From the NCBI RefSeq assembly GCF_004010195.1, contig NC_057753.1, positions 15,075,345 to 15,139,344 on the forward strand: a stretch of DNA of 64,000 bases. Direction: 5' to 3'. The notes under the pieces are model-generated. The model did no database searches. It had not been told where the DNA came from and saw nothing but the letters and a program-made list of their open reading frames with translations. Shown here in pieces: positions 48,444 through 61,484 of the stretch. Source of the stretch: Chiloscyllium plagiosum (lineage: Eukaryota). The position numbers were made by a program, and so were the translations under genes. The stretch's first letter is position 1. Each line of letters starts with the position of its first letter.

Positions 48444-49966
48444 GTGAGCCTCACATTTCCCGACTGAGCTAACACTACACCTCTGCTCTTTTTCCATGCT
48501 GTGTCGGAGTTGTAGATTGATGTTGCACTTTCCCATCACTTCGCTTTGATCGTGATGACTGTGAGGCCGTTTCTGGCTTTTTCTTTCCTCTTGAAACGCC
48601 TCATTTAAATTGATGCAAAGAAAGAACACTAAACTACTGCAAATCGGACTTAAAAGAAAATCAGAAATGCATTAAACATACATTGGTCTCTCAATACCTG
48701 TGGAGAGCAACAGAATTAACCTACAATACAATTTTCGTCCCAAATCATTATCAACGAGCAAGAAATGTGAAGACTGAATATCTCTTATCTTTTATTAATC
48801 TACACATGGCACTCCAGAAAAAGTTATTAACTATAACAGTGTGCCTTTAATATTATTGAAGCATTGGCCCTCTGCCGCTAATTAGTTATTCCTCAGTTAG
48901 TCTTTCTTTACAGTTCCTCACTTTCATGGTGCTGATGCCAGAATTCAAGATCAGCGAAAGGATTAAATGCACTTCTCAGTCATCATTTGACTGGGTGCCC
49001 TTGAGACACCTGTTCACATTTGATACGGATTTCAAGAATTTGTCTTCCACAGGGTGGCGATGGAGATTAACACAAATTTTGTAATATATTGTAAAGGACA
49101 AATGCTGGAGTTCACAACGGGTCAGAAAATGTCCATGCAGCTCTGCTGAAGAGTCATCTAGCTTGCTGTCTCTCCAAGGATGATATCAGACCAGCGTGAT
49201 CTACAGCATTTGCTGTTCTCATTGCAGATTGCAGCATCTGCAGGAATTTGCTTCTACAAATTATATAACACTTTAGTTTCTGCATGTTTTGCATTATCTT
49301 AAATTCAAGTTACATCCAGCCATCAAAGGTGTAAACTTCTTTTCTGGCTATAAATGGCAATAAGCTTCTCCAAATTTCATGTGTCTCACGTTTTTGTATT
49401 CAACTAATATTAACAACTAGACAATTGTCTCGTTACAATATTCAAATTCGAAAAACATCGTAGCATTCGATGTTTTTTTTCAGCTCTGTCATCTTGAACA
49501 TTGATGTGCAACTGCCTCACAGTCATCAAGGCTTTTTTCTTTTGTCGAGAAATAAAAAAAAGAACATTTTTCCTTATCATTGTGTTAAGCAGTTTCAGTT
49601 ACAACTGTCACCATTATACCTCACACTGTGAGCTGATAATTTTTTGAATAAGTATTTGCATCTAGAAGGGGTCATTCGTGATTCGAACACAACGGACCAT
49701 ATACATCCCAAAAAGCAACATTTCGCACTCACTGATCAAGATAAAAAGTTTTTGTATACCGATGAGAAATGACTATTAATCATGGCCTATTCACTTGCTT
49801 GTCCAAATTGGTGCTACCCTCAATAATCTGACAATCCTGTGCGAAGACTTTGTCCGGGAATTCACTAACTACAAGTGTTTTGTTCTAACATTGCTCCAGA
49901 AATAAAGTCCCGATTGTTGCGTGAGTCCAGCTCCTAATGCTGACCTGCCTATCCCTCCTTCAACAG

Positions 49967-50074
49967 ACCGTTACACGCGTGGCAAAGGCTCCAATCTTGA
50001 TTTGTACCAAGGAATTTATGAAGAAATTGAGGACATTTCCCGTGGCAAGAAGCCCTCTGAGATACATGAAGCCG
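49967..50074 (+). CDS. Cytoplasmic exon 1 (DRYTRGKGSNLDLYQGIYEEIEDISRGKKPSEIHEA)
   Basis: ccttcaacag| and |gtactg, 108 nt, phase 1-1; homologous to 3431-3541. Confidence 0.87.
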
Positions 50075-51033
50075 GTACTGTATGCATTTCCAATCCCGCA
50101 GTGACTCATAACTGGATAGGTTCAGCTTCCCTTTAATTTCCAGTCTTCAATGATACGTGAACAAATTGAACATGACTAGTTTTAAAAACATTATCGTCGT
50201 GTGAAAGCAGCTATCATAGGGAATGTGTCTTTGTCTGTGTTTATTGACAGACATATTTGTTGTTTTATATTTGTCATTGTCCTTAATTGCGGCAAGAAGA
50301 ACATTCCAGATATTTATAATTAAATACGAACAGAATGACCATTTCCAATTAGACCCTGATTCCAAACTGAATCTATCAGGTATCTGAACCTGTGACTAAT
50401 CAGTCTATTCGCCGATTCACTGAACAACAATATAATCATAGTCATTACTGTCAGTTACACATAACTCATCTTGGAAGGATACTTAACGAATTAATATGGA
50501 CAGTCACCAAAGTAGCATCAGTGCAACCAGAAGTCGGTTGGCTCAATTTGTCAGCACAAATTCGAATACTTGATGCTGATTCGCCTGCCTTTGCCAGTGT
50601 CTCTGAATACAACTTGTATTCAAATAATCATCAATTGCCCACTTGAACCGGTGTAAAAGAATAATCAAAAGGGAATTTTAACTTTTACATGGTTACTTCA
50701 CTGATACTGTGAGAAAGGTAGTGCTGATGAGGACCGAGTAAAATCAGATAGTCCTTAGAATTTAGGTTACCACTGGAGACTTCGATCTTCCTCTTAGGAT
50801 CATGGTGATACAAGAAAGAAGGAATATTACATGATCATATTTGAAATGATTGACTATGCTTCCAACCGAGAATAATGCTGAAAAGTTATGAATCGAAGCA
50901 TTCTCAAAGAATGGCATGTAACAATAAGCAAAAATGCGGAAATGACATTTAATAGATTCAACAAATGCACATTGTGTCACCGAATTAAGAACACTTAAAA
51001 GCGAATCACACGCAAAGATGTTTTTTAAAAAAA

Positions 51034-51196
51034 TTAGATTAGATTACTTACAATATGGAAACAGGCCCTTCGGCCCAACAGGTCCACACCAACCCGCCGA
51101 AGCGCAACCCACCCAGACCCATTTCCCCACATTTACCACTTCACCGGACACTACGGGCAATTTAGCATGGCCAACTCACCTAATTTTTTTTTGGAC
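51034..51196 (-). mobile_element. HE1-like SINE 3' half
   Basis: ttagattagattacttacaatatggaaacaggcccttcggccc.. Confidence 0.85.
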
Positions 51197-51833
51197 TTTG
51201 TTTTGGTTGTTTGGAGACTGAAAGCAATCTATTCACCTTCTCACATACTTTGACCTAATTGTGGATATTGAGAATTAAGTAATTGAACACAATGTTTCCA
51301 AAAATGTTTGTCTGATGTTAGGATAAATGTTTGTTTCTAGCATGTCATTGCAGTTATATTGAAGTTGAGTAAAGTTCCGTTGAACTACTGCAATATGTGC
51401 ATTGAATGCTTTTCTATAAGTGGTTGCACTGAAAATATTCCAGCGATTATTACAGAGAAGATGAAGGGATTATGCTTTCGACTTCGTTGGTCCAGTTAAG
51501 ACTATAAGTGACGAATCCATAAACTAATAGACTAAGCGATTTTGGAGCCAAATCAGGACATTCGGCCACTCCAGTTCGCTTTTTATCGAACATAGCTAAC
51601 AGGTTTCTCAACCCCTTTCTCCTGAATTCTCCCAGATTCCCCTTTACTCACGCAGAACCCATTTATTGCTTCGTTCCTACAGTCAAAAACATGGCAACCA
51701 GAGCTCTTTGAGTTAATGAGTTCTACAGAACCACCACCATGTGGCTGAAGAAAATTTGTCTGATTACATTTCTAATGGGTCGTGCCTTCACTTTGACATG
51801 AAACCCGACAATAACTCTCCTTTTTCGTTTTTG

Positions 51834-51947
51834 TAAATTTTGCTTCCTTTGATTCGCTCAATCGCTTCGAATTCTACACCAACCATAGCTTGAATGACAA
51901 TAATCCGGCATCAGTAAATCTTGAGGTGAACGCCAATAGTATTTCGG
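51834..51947 (+). other. Cytoplasmic exon 2 homologue with mutated acceptor (TG instead of AG)
   Basis: Open 114-nt homologue of 5015-5128 (NFASFDSLNRFEFYTNHSLNDNNPASVNLEVNANSIS) preceded by tttttg rather than ag. Confidence 0.7.
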
Positions 51948-53029
51948 GTGTGCATGCGTTCAGTTTCTATCAGTTCAATTTTGTCCTTCTCTCTCTCTCT
52001 CTCTCTCTGCGTCCAAACATAAAGATGTCAATGTTCACAAGGCTGAGAATGACTCTGCTCCCATAACTGTTACATGAGCAATGTTAATTAAAAAGAATGT
52101 TGTTGGTTTGGAGTCATCGAGACATGGCCCATTGAGTCGTGCCTAACTATTCTAATCCCATATACGATCACGTGGTTCATTGCCCTATATGGCCTGACAT
52201 CGCAACAATACCACTGAGTACTTGTGAAATATTACCAGCATCTTTTGCCTCTAACACCCTGATGGTAAATGAATCCCAGATTCTCACCAAGTTCCAGGCG
52301 AAAGCAATTTTCCTCAACCCTCTAATTCTTCCTTCCCTTCCTTGAAATCGATGCACCTGATCTTTGATCTCACCTTCTGAAGAGAAAAAAAACATTACTG
52401 TCTACATATGTCCTTTGTAATTTCTCATCAACCCCTCAGTTTCCTCAGCTCGATGGAAACAAATAGGAAAATGAGGGACAAGAGCAAGCCATTCAACCAC
52501 AAAAACTTGTTCTGACGTTAAGTGAGATCATGGTTGGCTGATGTGTGGTCCACATACAGATACCTGCCTTTGGCACATAGCCCTTATTGATTTTGTTGGA
52601 CAAAGAATATAATGTGTCTCATATTTAGGATTGACATTGGATCTGAATCAGCTGCTTTGAGAGGAAGACAATTCCAATTCCCCCCTAGCCTTTCTTCTTC
52701 GTGATGCCTCAAGAACTACCTCTCTTAAAAGCATAGATTATGACCGTGAGATCTAGAATCTCCAGCAATTGCAGATAGTTCATCCTTATCTATTAGTTTT
52801 TTGATAGTTTTAATGCCTTCAATATTCTGCTTAGCTTTCTAATTTAGAGAGAAAGCAGACCAAATTTGCTGTTGATCTCTGCACTTGCCTCGAGCGCTGA
52901 GCTCCTTTAAACCATCCATCTCCTCGAATTCCACATTCCAGCACTAATGTTATATTCCAGCACGAATGTCATTTTCGTGCTCTTGGTGTTATGTGTTGCA
53001 ATGAGTGATAATCATTCGTTTCCCTCAAG

Positions 53030-53145
53030 ATCGAATTCTTGGTAGTTGCAAAGACATTGACACTGAATCTCAGGATGGTCAGTCACAATTGGACAGCGAT
53101 CCCGATGAATCCTTCGCACTAACAAATGCTGAGAATGGTCTTTGA
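53030..53145 (+). CDS. Cytoplasmic exon 3 to stop (DRILGSCKDIDTESQDGQSQLDSDPDESFALTNAENGL*)
   Basis: tccctcaag| acceptor; homologous to 6396-6529; TGA 53143-53145 just before donor g|gtgagt at 53152. Confidence 0.68.
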
Positions 53146-53496
53146 TCACTCGGTGAGTTGAATTACAGTTACTCACATATTTACCACCGCTCTGTGTGTC
53201 CATACTGTCTTCATTCATTTCCATCTTGATCGATATTGAATTTACTGTAAATCTACAAACAAGATTGAAAGCTATCAAAACCTTATCTCAACAAACTGTC
53301 TCTGAGAAAGTGTTGTGTTCCTGGAGAGGATCTGAATTACAAAACCATGGAGAATTAACTTATTTTAACTTATGAAATACTTTGATATTGGGCAGATACT
53401 GCGTTTTGTTAGCTCATTGAATGGCAAACACTATCCTCAACCCACTGATTAGATTGAAAGTCAATAAAAGTGCTGTTTGCAATGAATCAGTGAGTG

Positions 53497-53835
53497 TCTG
53501 GATTTAAAAGATGTCGCTGGCTAGGTCTGCATTTATTGCCCATCCCTAATTGCCCAGAGAGCATTTAAGAGTTAACCTCATTGCTATGGGTCTGGAGTCA
53601 CATGTATGCCAGACCAGGTAAGTATCGCAGTTTCCTTGTGTGAAGGACAGTAGTGAACCAGATGGACTTTTAGGACAATGGACAAAGGATCCATGGTCTT
53701 CATGAGATTGCTAATTGTAGTTTTGTTGGATTCAAATTTCACCAAGGACCGTGGGGGATTTGAACCCGGATCCCAAAATTGCTTGGGCCTCTGGATTAAC
53801 AGTCCAGAGATAACACCACTTGGCCATTGCCACCG
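53497..53835 (-). mobile_element. SacSINE1/DeuSINE-like SINE
   Basis: Reverse complement of the 18385-18718 family (gggatttgaaccc B-box; tagtgaaccag core; atttattgcccatcc tail). Confidence 0.75.
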
Positions 53836-54359
53836 CCCAACCAAGCTACTAAATGAAACACAAACAAAAGAGAACAGAGCAAAGAATAACTTAACCTATT
53901 CAAAAACCCAGCAGATTATCCGAACTTACTGATGGGCTTCCAATATTTGCAACGATCCCTTTAAACACCCCTTGACGCAAAAGGAAAAATCAAAGACAGG
54001 GTCTGATGGAAGGAAAGTTAGAAACAGTGTACCAGCCTGGGTCTGCTTCTTTGTATCGAGCAGCTACCATGCTGAAATCAAACCTAACCAGAGATAAACT
54101 GAGCTGGGAGAATCTGCCACTCCGCATTCATTTACAAGTGTTTTGTTTTCAAAAACATGAAAGGCTGTTTCCTGAGGCAATATCTGTCAGCTATAATCAA
54201 ACTGACCATAAAACGCGTCAACTTCGACTTTTCAGAGCCTATGTCTTTGACGACCTCTCTGAAAAAAAAATCTGAGGACCGCATAACCTTGTTGAAGGAG
54301 CAGCTTCGTCAAGTAGGATGACTCTGTGGAACTGCACTCATTCCATTTCCAAGAAAGAA

Positions 54360-54647
54360 TGATTAGATTAGATTCTCTTCAGTATGGGAAGCAGGCCATT
54401 CGGTCCAACAAGCCTACGTCTACCCTCCGAAGAGTAACCCATCCCCCTACCCTATATTTATCCATGACTAATGCACCTAACACTATGAGAAATTTAGCAT
54501 GACCAATTGATATAACCTGCACATCTTTGGATTGTGGGAAGAAACCTACGCAGACATGGGGATAATGTGCCACATAGTCAGTCACCCTACTTGGGAATTG
54601 AACCCCGATGCCGTGTGCTGTGAGGCAGCAGTGCTTACCACTGTGCT
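54360..54647 (-). mobile_element. HE1-like V-SINE
   Basis: Tail gattagattagattc.., V-domain remnant, head gaattgaaccc..gaggcagcagtgct. Confidence 0.85.
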
Positions 54648-55085
54648 TCCCCCCCCCCCTTGAGTGCTTCTTACCTGAACATTATAACTGTCTGTTATTC
54701 ATGAGTGTCGTTCTACTAAAATCCAGGCAATCTCATCAGCAGCTCAGCGATTTTCAACATTTCCAATCGGTCATTGAAACATACTTACTTCAATCCTCCT
54801 AGCTATTCCAGTGACCAACTTGGATTCTTCTCGAGTTCAACCTGCAGCTCTCACTGAGGTCATTTCTTGTTTATTTACCTGTCGACAGATCTGTCCTCCA
54901 AAGTATCGGTTTTACCACACTCCCACCCAAGATGCTGCATCTCGTCAAATTCATTTCCCGTTTTAACGTTACTTCATTACAATCTTTGTCAAGTGTGAAC
55001 TACAACAATACATATTCGATTTCTCCATATATTGTTCAACTGCCACAATATTTAAATATATCCTATCAATGCCACAAATTAAATC

Positions 55086-55283
55086 ATGATTTGGAGATGC
55101 TGGTGTTGGACTGGGGTGTGCCAAGTTAAAAATCAAACAACACCAGGTTATAGTCCAACAGGTTTAATTGGAAGCACACTAGCTTTCGGAGCGTCGCTCC
55201 TTCATCAGCTGGTACGCTCCGAAAGCTAGTGTGCTTCCAATTAAACCTGTTGGACTATAACCTGGTGTGATGTGATTTTTAAG
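55086..55283 (-). mobile_element. Young palindromic Penelope-derived element (second family) with 10-bp TSD
   Basis: Perfect 55-bp inverted arms 55140-55194 / 55214-55268; aaattaaatc at 55076-55085 and 55284-55293. Confidence 0.88.
55180..55208 (-). ncRNA. Minimal hammerhead ribozyme core (PLE type)
   Basis: Minus strand CUGAUGA-A-GGAGC-GAC-GCUCC-GAAA-G-CUA. Confidence 0.72.
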
Positions 55284-56729
55284 AAATTAAATCGTTCGTG
55301 ATTCTGAAAATTATGAACAACCGTTGCTCATAATTATCAACCTGACTATAGGGTCAATAATAAGGATGACATAATTTAAAAGAGAATGGCAGGAGGTTTG
55401 GAAGGGACGTGAGGAAACAAATAACTACTCAGAGGGCAGTGTGTGACCCGCAAACACTGTCTGTAAAGTAAAGAAAATGTGATTCCTCAAAACGTTTAAA
55501 ACATACTGTCCTGAGTACTAGAAGTGTTATAACATGAAAGGCTATTGTCTAGTGCAGGACCGTGACACTAATATAGAGAGCAGCATCTATTTGAAAGTGC
55601 AGACCCCGTTGGCCAAAGACCCTCTTGCCCACCAAATGATTCGATGATTCTATGATGTAACCTTTGACATGAACTCATCATCACCTTCAAAACCATCTCA
55701 ATTGCACAGCTTCCTGGACAGCTTTCAACGATATCAATTGTTACTTGAATCATCTCAGCCCAGGGCATCACATGCTATGGCAGGCCCTGTAGCGTTTCCT
55801 CTGATGGCCTGTCGGAAAAATCATGCGTTGTCTTCTGATAACTCATGTATACAATGTGCCTTCAGTGTTGAGGTGCATTGAAATTGCGATGCCAAAATTT
55901 TGCAGCAGACACATCAAACGGATAAGAGCCACCTTTACTATTTAATTTTTGAAATACGTAGTTTATAATCTTCAGAATAGATTTCATGCAGTCATTTACA
56001 ACCCGCTGAGCACGCAGATCGAATCACACATCAATGCCCTCTTTGAAATACGACCCGTTATCGGTCTGACATTTCAAATGCAGATCTAATCTTTTCTCCA
56101 ATCCCTGAAGTGAGAGTTTTAGCAGGGGATTGGCAGATTAATATGCTGTACATAGGGTCACAGGTGATATTACCTCAAGTAGACTGAAACTGCTTTCTTT
56201 ATCTTGTCAGGTAAATGTTAGAATCTGTTTCGGCACGAACTGTCCTAAGGCAGATAAAATTGCGAGAAGCCATCCAGTAACATTTCCAACGTTTCGAATA
56301 TCTTTTTTTTCTCAAGATAAGCTTCACTTGATTGTACTTTATCAGCATTTATTTTGTATTGAACTAACTATAATTGCATTCTCTTCTTTATTTTTGTCTC
56401 CTCTACTTTGTGATTTATCATGACTTAAAATTGGAAGTGAAAAGAGTGCATCGATTATTGTAATGCCTGTACTAATCATCTAATTCATTTCTATATGGAT
56501 TATTTGACTATATATATTTGGGCGACGTTCCTGTCGTTTATCAAAGAAGCATATTGAGGAATTCTATGTGTAATTGCTTCGCTTTATCATAGCCCATGAC
56601 GGAGGGTTATGTCAAATCAAATAATTGTCCTATCTTTCCTTGAACGAAATGCTTCTTTCGTCTCCATATTTTCCATGAACTGGGAATCGTTTTGTTAGTG
56701 ATCATGTACAATGTGAGTTGCTGTTTATC

Positions 56730-56735
56730 AATAAA
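56730..56735 (+). terminator. Candidate polyadenylation signal of the SRCR gene
   Basis: AATAAA conserved at 8623 and 60544; TG-rich downstream. Confidence 0.5.
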
Positions 56736-57019
56736 AATGCAGTGAATTGATTCTTGTGTTGAGATTCTGTGTCTCTTTGCAGACGTCAGTGTCACCGTGA
56801 GCATGTGTGAGTGTCAGTAGTGAGTGTGAACGTTCCTTGTGCTTGCATGAATGTGCATGATTGTCAGTGGATGAGAGTGTGAGTTTAGTTTTCAATGTTT
56901 CTCCGAGTGTGTGCAAGTGTCAATGAATGGGTGGGAGTGGGTGTAATTATCTGTGATAACGTAACTTTATCCGTGACTGCAAATGCGAGTGAAATGGTGT
57001 TAATGTGACTATTTGAAAT

Positions 57020-57630
57020 GTTTATTGCAGGAAGGAAGTATTCAGAAGATAGTGGAGACTTTAGAAATATTAACACTAAGAGGGATCTTGATGTAGAGAA
57101 TCACAATTCCCTGAAAGTGGCAACGCAGGTAGATATTGTAAGTCGGTCCTAGAGCAATATCTTGTCATTGTAATCGGTTCTAGAGCAATATTTTGTCAGA
57201 TTGCTTGTAATAGAACTTTAATTCGGCCATATTTGGATTACTGTGTCCAGTTCTTTTCGCCACACTGCTGAACGCATGAAAGATATTACTTATTCGGAGG
57301 GCCTGATTTGGAGGGTGTTGGCTACGAGGAGAGATTGAACAAACTTGTTTTGTTGTCACCTGAAGCTCAGAGGTTGAGGGGCGACCTGACAGATGTTTAC
57401 ACATTGATGGGAGGGACGGATGGAATGGATAGTTGAAGTCCTTTTTACCCAGGTCAGCAATTTCAGTGATGAGAGGTCATGGGTTTAAGAGACATCCCTA
57501 CAGATACGCTGTGTATGAATAAGCAGGGAGTAAAGGGAAATGGTCATCTCGAAAGAAAAGGTTTGTAGTTTAACAAGTGGCAATGTGTCATTGCAATCTT
57601 CGCTGGCCAATGGATCTGTTCCTGTGGAAG
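57020..57630 (+). mobile_element. CR1 3' fragment (paralogous copy 60720-61480)
   Basis: agagggatcttg..cctgaaagtggcaacgcagg; gaggagagattgaacaaact; the copy encodes RFARMVPGLEGIGDEERLGKLGL. Confidence 0.7.
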
Positions 57631-58844
57631 ATTCATAACTGACGAAGGAGCAGGATGCATCTGTGTGATCCTACACAGGCTTTGGTGTCAAATATGAAAG
57701 GGGTTGCAAACTGGGACTGAGGCGGCGCGAAGTATTTGGAAGTAGAGAAATCTGAGGGAGTGGATGCCAACATTGGGGAGTGGGAACATTTTGAAAGTAT
57801 CCTTCTTTGCTAACTTCACCAGGTTTTCCTGACATGCTTCGGTGTGCCGTCCGGCGCTCTGACAATCCAAAACAAGCGAAAATGCTGAGACAGTGGCAGC
57901 CAGGAAATTTAACCACCACCGCAGGGCGCAGGTTGTGATGCTAAATTGGGATTGTCTTGCAAATTTGGTGTTGGGGGTGTGGATGGGGACCAAGTATTTG
58001 GGAGGACACAAGTTTGTGGTGAATGGGAAAATTAGGAAGGTACAAAGTTTGGAGTTGCTAATTTGAGAAGAAGGTGGTGGTTCAATGTTTTGGAGGGGCA
58101 CAAATGCACAGGCGAGGAAATGGCAGATGTATGTGCATTGAGGTGACAATATTTGAGGGGCAAACCTTTGAGCAAAATATTTTGTGGGCAGAAATTACGG
58201 TTGAAAGTGAGCCAGAGGGAACTAAAATACATAAAAGAGACTTGGTGAATGAAAGAAAAAGAGAAACAGATGGTATGCCTATGTCTCTATCTCTGTGCAA
58301 TGAGGCCTGTTTTGCTTTTGGGGTGAATCCACTGAAATGGGGTGAACGCCCTCTCGTCTTTCACTCTATCTGTCCCACTTGTGCTTAGAGTGATAAAATG
58401 TTGCTAATCATGTTGATGTGTGTTGCCATATATGTGTCCCTGTGTTTTTGTGTCTGTTTTTTTTATTGCTTGCTGCAACAGGACACACTTTATACTGGAG
58501 GGATGCTTGAATGAATGAATTAATTAACAAATGATGCACTAAAGGCTCAGCATCTCCTTCTTTTGTTCAATATAATAGAATGTCAACCTCTGATGGCCTC
58601 CCCATGCCACTACACAAGCCTGTATCAAAGCCTGTGAATCTATCAGGTTGCACAATCGTTTCGTTCTTGAAACAATGTCTTTGAAGACCCAGGGCAGTTT
58701 TTTTTTTGTCTGATCCAAGAACAGCAGATGTGTAAGAATACTGCAAGTACCCATCATTATCCAGACTTGGAAATATGTCGGTATTCCTTCCCTACTGCTG
58801 AGCCAAACTCCTGAATTCCATTGTACACTGCATTGTATACCTAC

Positions 58845-59491
58845 TGTTGTGGACTAGGCCAGACCACTCGAATATTCTTAAGCAAGCAGCACCAGGCCAT
58901 AACTTTGTAATTTGTTGCGGTCAGTGTACAGTGAAAATCATCCGGAGTAAAATCGCTAGGTTGACTACTAGATCTTAAAACAGACAACACATGTATTCAC
59001 AAAATTATGGAATGAAACACAAAGAACAGAATAACGACCCCCTACAGAACTCAAAACCTATTAAACTAGACTTAACTGTGCTGTTCCGAATAGACACCAC
59101 AGTCCCAATAAGAAACCTCCCTTTAAAAACCCGTATAAATGGAACACTATTTATAGGTTGACGTTGAAGGCAGAAAGATAGAGACTTTCCACACAGCTCA
59201 CTGTTGAACCTCCCAGTTCAAGACTGAGCTAAAACTGCTCAGATGAGCTAGCTCGAGAACTGACCACTCCCCTCTGTTTATATAGGTCACTTCTAAATCA
59301 TGACCACTTTGGCCTGAAGTGTCATCTTTTTACACAAAATAACAAGAAGCCTACAAAATCCTTTTCATCTCTGTACCAAGCCAGACTGATCAGAGTCCGG
59401 CCTGGTTTATTGCCCCTCTGAAAATAAATCAAGGACAGAGTTTCCTTGTGGCAAGGAACAGCTTTCAGAAAAAAAAGACTAGATTTGTGAT
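58845..59491. mobile_element. Possible solo LTR
   Basis: Starts TGTTGTGG, ends ..tttgtga(t), and interrupts an L2-like remnant; no coding content. Confidence 0.4.
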
Positions 59492-61484
59492 CCCACCTGC
59501 AGCAGCTAAATTGTTTTACCGGAGTGAAAGAAATAATTAACTTTTCTGTATGATGCATTTTCTACCAATACCCGACGTGCAAAAACATGCACAGCCAATG
59601 ATGTACTTTTGGAAATGTCTTCTCTGCTGCACTTTAGGGTAAGGCACAGCCACAAATCAAAATGAGATAATTACAGTATGATATATTCATTAAGGGTGCT
59701 AATTGTACAATAAATATTTGCCAGCGGATCACTTGCAGCCCACTCCTGTTCTACTCTTTGAAATACATTGCTGTTACTCTGTAGAATAGATTCCAAGCTG
59801 CTTTACAAACAGCTGAGTGCTCAGGTAGAGACACACGTCATTGTTTCTTTTGAAATATGGCACCTCATCAGTTTGAATTTTCAGAGGCATACCTAGTCTC
59901 TTTCCCAATCCCTGTAGTGAGAGCTTAAGGTGGGATTTCCCAGGTTCATGTGCTGTAAATATAGCCACAGATGACGTAATCTCGAGTGGACTCAAGGTAT
60001 TTTCTTTATTATTTCAATGTTAGATTCTATGTCAAAAAGGGACGTCTTGAAACAAATGACATTGCAGGCACTCACCCACTATCATTTACAACTTGCTGAA
60101 TACCTTTTTTCTCTCAATCTAAGCTTCACGTGATTGTAATTTGTCAGCGGTTACATTGTATTAAAATAACTATATTTGTATTCTGTCCTTTTTAAAATTT
60201 TCATCGTGTGGGTTATTATGAATTAAAAGGGGAAATGCAATGCATAGAGATTATTGCAGTCGTTGTATTAATCGTGTAATTTATTTCTTTGCATGGATTA
60301 TTTGACTCTCTATTGGGGCAACATCCCCGTCGTTTATCAATGAAGTCTGTGACAGATTCCATGTGCAATTATTTAATTTTATTCATACCCCACCAAGAAG
60401 GGTTTAAAATCTGTTGAGTCACCCGATTGTCCTAACTTTTCTTCCGCTATTTGCTGAATGAAATGTTCCCTCCAATTCCATATTCTCCATGAGTGAGGAA
60501 TATCTCTGTAAGGGAAGATGTACACAGTAAATTGAATTTCAACAATAAAAATGCAGTAAATTCATGTTTGTATTGAGATTCTGTGTCTCTTTGCAGACGT
60601 CGGTGCCGCAGTGAATATGTGTGAGTGTCTGTGAGTAAGAGTTGGTGCAATTATCTGTGATTGTGCAACAGTGTCTGTGACTGTGAGTGTGAGTGTAATT
60701 GTGTTTTGTGAGTACTTCGGGAAATGTAACGCAGGAAGGAGCATGCATTAAAGGAAGAACCCTTGGATACATTAATATACAGAAGGATCTCGGTGTAGAG
60801 TACCACAGTTCCCAGAAATTGGCAACTGTGGTTTATGGCATGCTTGCCATCAGCATTCGAGGATCAGGGCATAACCTTTTGAAGTCAGGTTGCTTGCTAT
60901 CGAAATTTAATTCACCCACACTTGGAATACCGTGTACAATTCGGCTCACCACACAGCCGGATGGACGTGGAGGATTTGGAGAGGCTAAAGACACGGTTTG
61001 CCAGGATGGTGCCTGGTTTGGAAGGTATTGGCGACGAGGAGAGATTGGGCAAACTTGGTTTGTTGCCAGCTGAATGTCGGAGGCTGTGGTGCGGCCTGAT
61101 ATAAGTTTGCAAATTGATGGGAGGCGTGGATACATGGATAGCTGAAGACTATTTCCCAGGATATAAATACCAATGACGAGGAGACATGGGTTTACGAGAC
61201 ATCTAGACAGATAAATGAAGAGGTAGTGAATAAAGGCATATGGCCAGATAAAAATAAAGTTTTGATGGTCAATCTGATTTTCGCAGGGGTCAAGGAGTTC
61301 CCAATCAAATGCGAGAATGCCGGAAAAAAACCTCTGCATGTTTCATTGTGTCTATGGAGAGAGTAACCGTGTAATGGAATCTTCTCCAAATGTTAGAATG
61401 GCAAATGCTCGCCATTTGTCATTACAGTCCTGGAGGGCGGATGGGCCTGATCCTTTGTTCGACTGTTCTTTGTTTTTAGATATT

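Larger units (their letters stand above)
56090..58690 (+). repeat. 3'-end duplication unit C (putative 3' UTR end, TG tract, CR1 fragment)
   Basis: Colinear with 59900-63210. Confidence 0.85.

Noticed and set aside
54889..54998. Possible final coding exon after gtcgacag (DLSSKVSVLPHSHPRCC...)
   Set aside because: Lies downstream of the TGA at 53143, the paralogous site near 7278 lacks AG, and there is no recognisable motif; cannot be supported
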